64,000 nucleotides of DNA from Octopus vulgaris (GCA_951406725.2 OX597818.1:35464001-35528000), one strand, 5' to 3'; counted from the first letter of the stretch, positions 28,003-40,171 are shown. Notes: generated by a model from the sequence alone, not told the origin. A program made the numbers and translations.

Positions 28003-28319
28003 CTATTCCCCATCTGGACGACGCAGGATTACTCATTTTTGTCCGTCGCAGGATTACTCATTTTTACCAGCTGTGTGGACTGGAGCAACATGAAATGAAG
28101 TGTTTTGATCAGGAACACAACGCGTCTCCCTATCCAGGAATCGAAACCACAAACTTACGATCATGAGTTCAACACTCTAACCACTCCACATAAAATGATG
28201 ATGCGCGAACCTGATTCATACAGAGGTAAATTCAATCAGTGGTGCAGTAGTGACGTACATGAAACAACTAAAACAATGACGACGATGAGAAATATTTCTG
28301 ATATGAGAACAATGCTAGT

Positions 28320-28983
28320 TATATGGCGGTGGGGTTAGTCGATTATGTTGATCCTAGTTGTTGACTGGTACTTTTGTTAATCGACTCCGAAAGGATAAAA
28401 ACAAAGTTGACCTCGGCAGTAATTGAACTCAGAGCGTAAAAAAATACGGGAGAAATGCTGCCAAGCGTTTTCTCTAACGTGGTAACGATTCTGCTAGGTC
28501 ACTGTCTTAATAATAATAATAATAATAATAATGATGATGATAATCCTTTCTAACATACGTAAAAATTTTAGCACGAGGCCAGCAGTTTCGGGGTAGAAGC
28601 TGAGTCGATAAAATCATTCCCAGTGTACAGCTGATGCCTGTTTTATCGACTTCCTAAAGGATGAAAAGCAAAGTGGACCTCGGCGAATTTGAACTCAGAA
28701 CGTTAGTATGTATGAAATGCTGCTAAGTATTTTCTCAGGTGTGCTAATGATTCTACCAGCTCGCAGCCCTAATAATAAGAATAATCCTTTCTGCTATAGA
28801 CAGTTTTGGGGAAAAGATAGTCGATTATATCGACCCCAGTACTCTACTGGTACTTATTTTGTCGACCGAAGCGATGAAAGGAAAAATGAGCTCGGTGGAA
28901 TTTGAGCTCAGAACATAAGAACGGATGAAATGCTGCTAAGCATTTTGCCGAAGTACTAACGATTCTGCGATCCCACCGCCTTA
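28320..28983 (-). mobile_element. Three decayed family C SINEs in tandem
   Basis: Repeated ttatcgac..aaggatgaaa..gacctcggc..tttgaactcagaac blocks. Confidence 0.75.
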
Positions 28984-30128
28984 AGACTAATAATGGTATC
29001 AGCAGCAGCAACAACAACACAAATAATGATACTAAATGTGTAAGCCGGATTTTTATTGCATAGTCATATAATTCTAGGTTCAGCACTGTCGCTGTTTAAA
29101 TATCTCACACCTAACAGTAAATATTTAGGTTTAACAGCAGTTGACGTTTCTCTTCAGTAAAACAACACATCATATCGCTTAATCTTGGCAACCAGGGGAT
29201 TAATAATTATACAAATACCAAACCTTGTTAGGTAACATTAAAAATCCTGAAACATCTTTTTTACCAGAAAAATAGCCTACACTAATATATCTATATATAT
29301 ATGGGCGGTGGTGGTTACATGTATGATTTTGTCCATAACAACATGTAGTTGTAAATTTGTGAATAATTAAATATAACGAAAGATGGTAATATATACGGGA
29401 TAATAACAAACAAGATCAATAAAATGTGATAGTTTCAAACGAAACTATAAATTTTCAAAAGATTATTTTATACCTGGATGTTTTGTTTATTTATTTACAT
29501 TTTTTATTTTAGAAATTTTGTGAACAAGTATCTGTCAGATATTTTACGACAAACTGTAGCTTTTGATGTTTAATATCCAAGTTTAGAGTGATTCTTGGAC
29601 AAATTCGTTCTATGCTGTAATATAACTTGTCTAACGTTAGAATTCCACCATCGTGCGATAAAAAACGCATAAAGAAATTATAGAATTTATGAGTATGATA
29701 CTGTTCAGTTCGTCAAATGTAAATTAATAATGTTTATGAAATGTTTGCTTTTACTAAATGTTATCTTTCATTTTCGGTATATCGCATACAATACACAAAA
29801 AAAAAACAAATTCAAATTTCACGTTTGCTGTAGATAACAAACAAAAAACATCAATCATTACAATTATTATATTGATTTACTTGTCGATGCTTAAGGCTAT
29901 ATTTTAGAGTGGGAAGATATTTTCAGTTGAAGCAGCACAATTAGCTATAATTGTTTTGATGACTCTGAAAAGAAAAAAAAAAAACAAATTTCGACCTCGA
30001 AACTGTTTTACATTAGAAATTAGAGGCACGAAATTAACTTTTATTCATAATCTAGTTCGTTGCACTACGTGTCCTATTAAACAATATCTTTAGATCAAAA
30101 TTAAAAAATCAAAAACGCTGATACTTAC

Positions 30129-30458
30129 CAGCTGTTATGCGCAAAGGGCGACTGATAATTTTCCCACCTTTATTTTTCGCTATGCAACGGTATTCCTGCG
30201 AATGAGCATCTGGTTGAAATAGGTTTGGCTCAAAAGGTAGAAAATACAGAGTATTGTTTGGAAGTACCTGAAGTACTTTGGGAATATCTTTGACGACCGT
30301 GCCATCCTTTCGTATCCAATTTAGTTTTGGTGGGGGTAAACCGTGCGCCGTGCAATCAATTGACGCCCCTTTAGTATTAGCAAACACAACTGTGCTTGGT
30401 ACGTCTTCCGTGAAAACTGGCCCATTTGTATCAGCTGGTGGCTCTTCTGTCGTCAGAG
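30129..30458 (-). CDS. Dscam: Internal exon encoding Ig domain 1 of a Dscam (Down syndrome cell adhesion molecule)-family receptor
   Basis: Minus-strand acceptor ttttcttttgcag|CTCTGACG and donor ACAGCTG|gtaagtat; 330 nt, phase 1-1, open frame. Peptide LTTEEPPADTNGPVFTEDVPSTVVFANTKGASIDCTAHGLPPPKLNWIRKDGTVVKDIPKVLQVLPNNTLYFLPFEPNLFQPDAHSQEYRCIAKNKGGKIISRPLRITA matches the Dscam Ig1 pattern (GPVF..F.N..GA.I.C.A.G.P.P...W...DG..V.D.P...L.F.PF......H.Q.Y.C.A.N..G.I.SR). Confidence 0.9.
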
Positions 30459-30734
30459 CTGCAAAAGAAAACCAGTAAAAATTTTAGGAATTTATATAAA
30501 AAAAATATTCATATAAATTTGTCTAAAAAATATGTCACTCAACGTTTCAATGTACGTTTAAAAAATGTTCTCATGTTTTAAAAGCCTTTCATTTGATTTT
30601 ATAAAACGCGGTATCTGTTGGCATGGATCCTTTATCTCAATGGTACAGAACCATCAACCAGACTTTTAGAGATACAGAGTGATTCCCTGTAGCAGCAGCC
30701 GGTCATCTTTTCCCGTCTATAGCTATTTTACTGG

Positions 30735-31150
30735 ATTTGAACTCAGAAATTTGAAACAGACAAAATACCTATTTCTTTACTACCCACAAGGAGCCAAACA
30801 CAAAGAGGACAGACAAACGGATTAAGTCGATTGTATCGACCCCAGTGCGCAACTGGTACTTATCTAATCGACCCCGAAAGGCTGAAAGGCAAAGTCGACC
30901 TCGGCGGAATTTGAACTCAGAACGTAGCGGCAGACAAAATACCACCCGGCATACTAACGACTCTACCAGCTCACTGATTTTATTTTGGACTAAATAACGC
31001 CACGCAAGGCGGCAGAATCTGAGTTCAAATTTCACTGATGTTGACTCTTTCAGGCTCGTTAAAATAAGTACTAGTTCAGCACTGGAGTCGATGTAATCAA
31101 CTATCCCCCACACAAAATTTCAGGCCTTTTGCATATAGTGGAAAGGATTA
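30735..31150. mobile_element. Divergent pair of family C SINEs (minus 30735-30975, plus ~31005-31150)
   Basis: Family C core on both strands. Confidence 0.75.
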
Positions 31151-31499
31151 ATATGTCCGAGATATTATCAACATTAGCGACTTATAAACGCAAGAGCGCA
31201 CACATGTATACCAATATGTGCGCATACGTTTGTATATGCAAAAATGTATACATGCACGAATCTATACATATTTTCTGGGATTATAAACGGGATAACTAGA
31301 AATATATTCCTTAAATTTTTAATCAGCCATAAGAAGATTAACGTTATTACAGGGATTTAACTAATACGTAATACATTCTAGTAATAATTTTTTTCCAGAA
31401 GAGAAACCACTGTGTTTATAATATAAATGACATAATATATTACTTCTACTGAAGACTGCATATTTTCTACTTCGAAGAAATTAAAAAGAAAACTATAAA

Positions 31500-31865
31500 G
31501 ATATTGTGCTTGCGTATTTATACAATGCAAAGAGAAATAAGAGTTCTAGCATTTTCGTTTTGTACTCAAGTGAATTACGCGAAGATTCCTTGAAACATGA
31601 ACAAATTATGTGCCTATGTAATAAACGTTGCTTAGTGCTGTTGCTATGGTCGTTAAGTCAAGTCTTTTACAATGCTGCTACAATAGAAAATGAAGTCATT
31701 CGAGTATAGTTTCCGAAATAATAGAAGAAAACAGATAGCATTTGGTGCCTTAGTATACTGAAACACGTAAAGGCGCAAAGCTTAGTTGTTAGGGTAATTG
31801 GTTGACGATCGTAAGGTTGTGATTTCGATTTCCAGCGGTGCATTGTTTCCTTGAGCAAGACATTT
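31500..31865 (+). repeat. Second copy of the 385-bp duplication (unique DNA plus SINE head)
   Basis: Here the SINE continues past the duplicated part to ~31962. Confidence 0.9.
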
Positions 31866-32112
31866 TAGTTCTTGTTGCTCTAATCCACTCAGCTGGAAAA
31901 AGTGAATAGTAGCTGCAATTCACAGGATCAAATAGAACCCTCATCGTCATAACCGACGGATGTCAATTACATTCTGAAACTATCTCCCTCTCTATCACTC
32001 CCGCTTTGTATCTCCATCATTCTCCGTCATTTCCTATCTCAGTCGCATTTCAGCTATTATGAGAGGGCACAGAAGTGACATATTGCATAGTGCTGGTGCT
32101 CACATGGGGCGA

Positions 32113-32380
32113 TTGTTGTTTGTTCCTTCTCGAGCCACGCCTGGCTCATAAGGGCCGGTTTCCCGGTTTCCTTGGCGTATAGGTTCCTCACCTCGACGGG
32201 AAAGAGTGAGAGAAAGTTGTGCCGAAAGTGTCAGCAGAAATTCACCATTACCTTCTGCCGGAGCTGCGTGGAGCTTAGGTGTTTCGCTCATAAACACACA
32301 CATCACCCGGTCTAAGATTCGAACCCGCGATCCCTCGACCGCGAGTCCGCTGCTCTAACCACTAGGCCATGTGCCTCCAC
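32113..32380 (-). mobile_element. SINE family D
   Basis: Reverse-complement homolog of 16003-16285. Confidence 0.85.
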
Positions 32381-32684
32381 TCGCATGGGGGCCATGCATA
32401 CACAATAATATCTTTGATGCTAAGTCTGCTTGACCAGAATATATTTGAGGCTAAACAACAAAAACAATAACAGGAATAGAAAGAGAAAAGGCGCAAGAAT
32501 TCGACTATCATTATATCTTTGATGACATTAGATAAAGAAGGACTGAAGATTATTTTCATCCTTGAATACAAGGAAATTGATTGTTGCTGTGCATCATGAT
32601 ACCCAGCACAAAAATAATGGACCAACAGAATCACCAGAAATAACAGATCAGCTGAATCACCAGATATCTGGTGCTGACACAGAT

Positions 32685-32742
32685 ACTGCTGCTGTTGTTC
32701 TTATCGCCATCATCGTCGTTGCTGTTGTTGTTGTTTTTGTTT

Positions 32743-32776
<34 letters not shown>

Positions 32777-32912
32777 CGTCGTCGTCGTCGTCGTCGTCGT
32801 CGTTGTTGTTGTTGTTCTTCTTCTTCTTCTTCTTCTTCTTCTTCTTCTTCTTTTTCTTGTTTTTTCTTTATCATATCATTATTATCATCATTGTTGCTAT
32901 TATTATTATTAC

Positions 32913-32967
<55 letters not shown>

Positions 32968-32968
32968 T
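32685..32968. repeat. Compound triplet array (GTT)(GTC)(CTT)(TAT)
   Basis: Direct reading. Confidence 0.95.
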
Positions 32969-33766
32969 ATTTTCTTGAAGTACCTGGAGTCTTGCATGTG
33001 TAGCAGGCTTGCTACCTACAGCCTACGGTACCATGCTATTCGCTCTTTTCAGCTAGCTAATACTTTCCTGATTGTTCTGGCCGTAGCATAGAGGCAAACC
33101 CTCTGTAACAATTTTACTGGGCACTCTATTCCAATTTCCTTTATATTTTTCTTGATGATTCTGATACTGTTCTCAAGGTCTCAACAATAATTGGAACTAT
33201 CTTCACCTTCTTCATTTTTCCATATCCGGGCTATTTCGTGCTTAAGAGAGTTGTATCTAGCTACATTTTCGCCTACCTTCTTGACTATTCGTGGGTCAAA
33301 GGGGCATGCAGCATCAACTATATAGCATATGTGGTGCATCTTGTCCACCACCTCTAGGTTCGGTCTGTTATGCTCTAGCATCCGATCTGTTTAGATTGGG
33401 AAATCCTAGAGGATTTTGCCACTCTCTACTGTTTGTGCTCATCTCACGTCTTGCTTCTCTAGCCTCTACTTTTCGCACAGTTTCTAATGGAGCACTTACG
33501 CTACTTGGTCGTGTCGCCACACCTTGTAGTGGTTTTGGACAAGTCTAGGGTATTCGTTCGTGATATGGGTAATGGCTTCATCCATTCTATTGCAGATGCG
33601 ACACAGCGGAGACATTTGCTCATTCCTAAGTTTGACCCTCCAGTTCATGGCCAATGCTTGGTCTTGCGCTACCAGTGTAGGGCTCTCGGTCTCTTTTTCT
33701 AGGGTTCCTTTCATCAGCCAATCCCACCTATTTTTTCTACCAACTTCTGTTGTGGCTACATGGAAT
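32968..33766 (-). mobile_element. 3' fragment of restriction-like-endonuclease LINE (R4/Dong-like) within (TAA)n
   Basis: Broken frames: ETESPTLVAQDQAL, CRICNRMDEAITHI (CCHC knuckle), RHDQVA, HNRPNLEVVDK...IVDAACPFD...RYNSLKHEIARIW (RLE domain). (TAA)n on both sides. Confidence 0.8.
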
Positions 33767-33790
33767 TGATTATTATTATTAGTAATATTA

Positions 33791-33844
<54 letters not shown>

Positions 33845-33859
33845 GTGTTATTATTATTA

Positions 33860-33905
<46 letters not shown>

Positions 33906-36273
33906 AAAACGCTTAGCAGCATTTCGCCCCTCTTTACTTCTAAGTTGAAATTCCGCCGCCGTCGACTTTACTTTTATCCTTTCGGGGTCGATAAAATAAG
34001 TACCAATTAGACTCTGATAGAAAAGACCTGTAATGAAGGGCTTTACAGCCATTATCACCTCGTTGTTTTGTTATAATTTTTGCATTCATTTTCTCTCAAG
34101 ATCAATGAGTCTTTCTTAAGGAGGGAAGTGTGTGTTTTGATGGAGATCTTACTACTCTTTCTCCCAAGTCGGTCGATTACTTAGAGATGTTTCTCTCGTT
34201 GGTTTGTTCATCGACCTATTATCTATGTATGATATATACTAATCTTTCAACATTTCATTCTTTACATTCTCGTTCATTTACTATCAATATTTCAATAACA
34301 GATATTTAAACAACTGAAATTTAATGAATGATATTTGAAAAGTTACAATATTCAATTCAAACCTCCATATAATCATAAATTCTATTTTTATTAATAATAA
34401 TACCAATAAAATTACTTTATTTTAACATCAAGATTATGTTGCAGCCTTGATTGCTGTTTGTACTTAAGTCCTACTTGCAATTATGGGGTTCACTGTTATT
34501 GACTTGGTCGTAATTATTTCACTTGTAACTATAATCACCATTACTATAGCCTTCCCTCAAAATTATTGGTATCGATCATCGTTGATCACACTTTAGATCT
34601 GGAAACAAATATAAATCGACTTTGTTCATCACTTTAATGCCTGGGACATAAACAGATTTATTCTTCTATTTTGTTTTGTGTTTGTTAAAATTGTTAGCAA
34701 AAACGATCAGCAAAGGGAATGTATAATAAAGAAATGCACGAAAGACAGGAACATTTTTTTGTGAGAAACTACGTAAGATATGCTGCTCTAATCTTTCTAC
34801 TTTCCAAGTCTTTACTTGTGTAATCATAAGCCTTGTTACTTGAAAAACTATCGCAGTAATACACATTATATCAGCTCAAGTCTTAGATAATAGTTGAATG
34901 GCCAAGTATGTTTCAGACAACTTTTCCAAAGTATTATGCATCTAGAACGACATACCTTTTCTATCATTCTCTTTTCCATGTTGTTGGGTATAATTTGAAA
35001 ATGATTTGGCTGTTCTTTCTCGCAGGGCGAACCAGTTTCGTTTATACTTCTCATATAATGCGTAGTGAATCTCTGACTCAGTATATCCCCTTCTTCTAAA
35101 TTCATCATGTACAATACCCATTTTAAACTACACGTCTTGTTATCGCTAAGTACCTATGTCAAATTAGCATTGAATTATCATATAAATTAGATGAAACTGA
35201 AATTACGAATTATAAATCACTTAATTAACTCAGCAAAGTTCGATATAATTTTCATGTAAAATGTCATAATTGGCACTTCAAATATATGAAAATAATTATG
35301 AAAATCAAACATGAACTCTGGTTAAAATCTAGGTTTGAGTTCATAGCTTCAAAACGTTAACATGTGATCTGCATCTGCTGAGCTCTCTCTCTCTCTCCCC
35401 TCTCTCCCGCTCAGTCGCTGCCTCCATCTCCCTCTCTCTCTCTCTCTCTCACCAAATAATGAATAAATAAAAATAAAGGAAAATACAATAACTGATTTAA
35501 ACAGTCGTGCCATTTAATAAGAGACAGCTGAAACTATAATTAAAGCTGTACAGTCAATTCTAGTAGAATAACTTATAAAGTTCTGTAGCAATTAATTGTA
35601 GAGAGAGGGGGAGGGGGAAAGAGGGGATAAAAGGAAAGAGAGGAGAGAGAGAGAGCAGGGGAGAGAAAGTGAGTGGTGATTGAGGGAGAGAAGGTAATCG
35701 ATGGCCTAGGTAATCTATACATAACTAACTGTAAAAGTTTGTCTCTCATCCTTGCTGACCAGTCGATTACTGCAGTATTAAAGAATAAATAAACGAACTT
35801 GTATTGATTTTCACGATGACTTTAATCGAGATTAATGAAGAAGCAACGAGGCGGAAAGCCACTCCCAAAACTACTGAATGTATAGGCAGGTCGTTTCCGC
35901 TTAGAAAATTGCATTAACATGAATATAGGCTCGCACACATTCAAAAATATACATACATGTACATACATACATGTACATATGCCTTGCAAGTATATACATT
36001 TGTATCCATATACCTGTAGAAAGTTGTATACTCATTTTCACTTTGCAAGTGTATAAAATATAAATGCAGGAATAGGCGCATGCGTGTGAGTGTATACATA
36101 CATGCATGCACCCACATCTATCGAACGATCGAGCTACCTGTCTACGAACCTGCCTCCCTCCCTCCCTACCTATTTACGAGCCTACCTACCTGTCTGCCTA
36201 CATACCTACCAACCTACCTACCTACAAACCTGTCTGTCTATCAATCCATCTATCTATAATGTGTAATTACATA

Positions 36274-36315
<42 letters not shown>

Positions 36316-36339
36316 TACATATATATACATGTATATGCA

Positions 36340-36419
<80 letters not shown>

Positions 36420-36422
36420 CGT

Positions 36423-36680
36423 GAAGGCGCATGGCTTGTTGTGCATGTTGTGTTCTTGAGCAAGACACTTTATTTCGCGTTGCTTCAGTTCACTCAGCTG
36501 TAAAAATGAGTTGCGACGTTATTGGAGCCAAGCCCTTTGCCTTTCCCTTGGATGACATCGGTGGCTGTTATGCATGGGCGACTGCTGGTCTTCCATAAAC
36601 AACCTTGTCCTGACTTGTGCCTCGGAGGGTAACTTTCTAGGTGTAATCCCATGGTCATTCGTGACCGAAGGGGGTCTCCA
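36423..36680 (+). mobile_element. SINE with internally deleted A-type head and another tail
   Basis: gaaggcgcatggctt...tgtgttcttgagcaagacactt core; tail catggtcattcgtgaccgaagggggtct. Confidence 0.7.
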
Positions 36681-36703
36681 TATATACATACATACATACA
36701 TAT

Positions 36704-36970
36704 ATATAGTGGTCGTATACTGTCAACTCAATGTGACAGTCCCGTAAGGGAATTACACCACCGCAATTTAGCCCTAGGAAACATAGACGTCTCTTGTCGG
36801 CTTTGACACATTTTCTGTGTCCTTATATTTGCAAAGGGGGAGGCAATCACCCGGGGTGATATAAGGACACAGAAAATGTGTAAATGTCGATGCTTCCTAG
36901 GGCTAAATGGCAATGGTTTAATTCCCTTACGGGACTGTCACATTGAGTTGACAGTATACGACCACTATAT
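36704..36970. repeat. Long imperfect palindrome (fold-back / MITE-like)
   Basis: atatagtggtcgtatactgtcaactcaatgtgacagtcccgtaagggaatta pairs perfectly with 36919-36970; inner arms tttagccctaggaa and acacattttctgtgtccttatat also pair. Confidence 0.9.
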
Positions 36971-37017
36971 CGCTCCACCACCGCTTATGTCTCTCTGAGA
37001 CATTTAGAAATTCAATA

Positions 37018-37058
<41 letters not shown>

Positions 37059-37079
37059 CATTCACACACACATACATAA

Positions 37080-37480
37080 AATTAGAAAATACACTTGTCC
37101 TCGCATGAACCAATGTGTCCAAAAAACATAGTATACGAATGCACAATCTCCACATCCCAACTTAAATACGTGTACATAGTTGCCATCGGAAAACCAATTC
37201 AAAGTCCGTGATCGCAACGACATCTCGTCATTCCGAAAACTAAACAGACGACACGCAACTTCACTGGCAGACTCAAAGATTAAATACGAAATGGAATGGT
37301 CAATAATAAAAGAAAATGCACGCCCATGTAATTCGCTATCTGATAAGTGTGACCTTCTCCTTGAGGAAGCGTAGAGTATTCTGTTGAGTAATGAGAATCT
37401 GATAAACAAGCATGATGAGAAAATTCCAAGGTGTAACCGTCCTCGCCAAATATGCATTTTCAAGATGGGACAATATTTAA
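37080..37480 (+). mobile_element. Penelope-like element fragment, GIY-YIG endonuclease region
   Basis: Across frameshifts: CPRMNQCV.KNIVYEC...YVYI..SENQFKVRDRNDISSFR...TSLA...WSIIKENARPCNSLSDKCDLLLEEA...NLINKHDE..RC, matching the PLE GIY-YIG C-terminal pattern. Confidence 0.75.
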
Positions 37481-37721
37481 AAATTATAATAATTATTATT
37501 CTGCTTCATCGTACCCATCCTTCTCGTCTGACGTCTGTATATGTGTCTGTGTATTTATGATGGCGTGCTCAACGATATACCTATGTTCATGAATATGGGT
37601 AGTTAAATGTACGTACGTGTATATATAGGTATGAACGTATTTGTTGATTGGTGTGTGTGTCAGTATGTGTCTGTGAGTAGGTGTGCATGTATGTATATAT
37701 GTATGTATATACATACATGCA

Positions 37722-37952
37722 AAGGCGGCGAGCTGGCAGAAACGTTAGCATGCCGGGCGAAATGCGTAGCCGTATTTCGTCTGCTGTTGCGTTCTGAGTT
37801 CAAATTGTGCCGAGGTCGACTTTGCCTTTCATCCTTTCGGGGTCGATAAATAAAGTACCAGTTTCACACTGGGGTCGATGTAATCAACTTAATCATTTTC
37901 TCTGTCCTTGTTTGTCCCCTCAATTTTTAGCCCCTTGTGGGCAATACAGAAA
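37722..37952 (+). mobile_element. SINE family C
   Basis: Full monomer. Confidence 0.9.
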
Positions 37953-38039
37953 TATATATGTATGTATATATGAGTGTGTGTGTATGTAGATATAGTTGTG
38001 CATATACGTGTGTGAGAGAGATTGTATATGTATAAGCGT

Positions 38040-38860
38040 ATGTGTGAGTGTATTTTTGAAATAATAAAACTTAGCGTGTGCAACTCAACATGTGAAACAA
38101 AGTGGACAGCCAGTGTATCCACTACCGCTAATGTGGAGCACGCAGAGGCACGCCAACAGCGAGTAGATTGGAACTGCCAGCGTCTCCTAGATTGAAAGAA
38201 CCAGTCGGATGTGATAGCATCAAAGTCAAAGATTTGCTAACGTGGACATCGATTATGTATCATTTGAGGAGATACAATTGGATCCCATTATAGAGGTAAA
38301 CTGTGCTTAGTTTAAATCCTGTGTATATATATCCTGTATAGGCGCAGGTGTGGATGTGTGGTAAATAGCTTGCTTACCAACCATTGGTTCTGGGTTCAGT
38401 CCCACTGCGTTGCATCTTGGGCAAGTGTCTTCTACTATAGCCTCGGGCCGACCAAAGCCTTGTGAGTGGATTTGGTAGACGGAAACTGAAAAAATCCCAT
38501 CGTATATATAAATATATATATATATGTATGTGTTTGTGTGTGTGTGTGTTTGTGTATGTATGTTTGTTCCCTCCAATATCGTTTGACAACCGATGCTGGT
38601 GTGTTTACATCCCCGTTACTTAGCGGTTCGGCAAAAAGAGACCGATAGAATAAGTACTAAGGCTTACAAAGAATAAGTCCTGGGGTCGATTTGCTCGACT
38701 AAAGGCGCTGCTCCAGCATGGCCACAGTCAAATGACTGAAACAAGTAAAAAGAGTAAAAGAGAAAAGAGAGTATATGTGGATCCATGTCGTACCGAAACA
38801 TGTGTAGTGTTTATTAAATAGCTGTCTGAATGTACTCATTCTTGACTCTATTCAATTACA
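38040..38860 (+). mobile_element. Penelope-like 3' end with hammerhead remnant, split by a SINE
   Basis: VEHAEARQQRVDWNCQRLLD resembles the GIY-YIG tail (AEH...H..DW...LD). HHR halves catTTGAGGAgatac (38261) and gtaccGAAACatgtGTAgtg (~38790-38809). Confidence 0.55.
38341..38771 (+). mobile_element. SINE family B
   Basis: Full-length copy inside the PLE remnant. Confidence 0.9.
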
Positions 38861-39409
38861 CACGCACACACAAACACACACACACACATATATATATATA
38901 CAAAAACACGCACACAAACACACGAACACTGCCCAGTTTTCCTTTATTTTGTTCTGCACGATTCTATGGCAGATGCTGTTTTCCTAATGTGTTGACGATG
39001 TTATTGTTGGCGGATCGTGATAGAGAAATGGATAATTTAATCAAGCAGCGATGCCTTTAAAATGCATATTTAATGGTCGTTCATTCTTATACATGTATTT
39101 ATATTTATATCGACTGGAGAGAAATGAAAGCTAATCAAAGCAGATGTGATTGAACTAAAATTGTAAAATAAACAAAATTTGTATCGTAAATATTTCGACG
39201 ATGCTTTATTTTTATGTATCACTTTTCGTTTTATTTTAAAATTCCATGCAATACACACATACATACACACATACATACATACATACATACATACATACAT
39301 ACATACATACATACATACATGCATACATACATACATACATACATACATACATACATACATACATACATACACATATATATACATAGATATATCTATACAT
39401 AGATATACA

Positions 39410-39590
39410 TGATAGCCACTACACACAATATATTTCTCTCCTTGTTCTTTTTTCTGTGTCCCTTTTTGTAGAAGAGCGTAAGCTCGAAACGTAAAGTACT
39501 TTTTCTATTCCTGAGCGTTATACTAATACATCTGTTTGTTTTGTACACCACCTGTCTTCGTCTTTTGTTTTTTTCGCGAACTCTCCCATA
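39410..39590 (+). mobile_element. Penelope-like 3' end with degenerate hammerhead
   Basis: cttt-tTGTAGA-a-gagc-gtaa-gctc-GAAAC-GTA-aag, then cctgagcgt and a T-rich tail, related to the 53290 copy. Confidence 0.55.
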
Positions 39591-39628
39591 TATATATATA
39601 CATATACATGTGTGTGTGTGTGTGTGTA

Positions 39629-39697
<69 letters not shown>

Positions 39698-39957
39698 GTC
39701 CAGTGTTAGTATTATCGTACATTCATACTATCAATATATCCGAGGTGCTTGGATGATGGATAAAATATTTTGAAATATTTCTTAAGACTTTAAATTCTGA
39801 GTTCGCTCTCTCGGAGAACGATTTTACCTTTCATTCTTCAGGGATCAATGTAATAACGGCCAGTCAGGAACTAGGACCAGTTAAGGCATTTCCAAACGGC
39901 GTAGTCAGTCATGCATGCAATTCCATCAGAAATGATAATAACAGAAATAATAATAAC

Positions 39958-39996
<39 letters not shown>

Positions 39997-40171
39997 CATG
40001 CGCTGTTTATCTTGATATGAGATCACCATGTCGCGCACATATGGTTGTGATGCATGTGCCTAGTGTACCCTTATCAGACGGGTAGTCATGATGGGTGTAC
40101 TGGGCTTCGTATATTTTACCCCAGTGTAATTTTGATGGCATGCACTGCTCTCCCACTCAATGATGATGATG

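Noticed and set aside
30109-30387. Track ORF as a standalone 92-aa gene
   Set aside because: The start is a GTG inside the exon and the tail GKYQRF is intron read-through; splice sites define 30129-30458.
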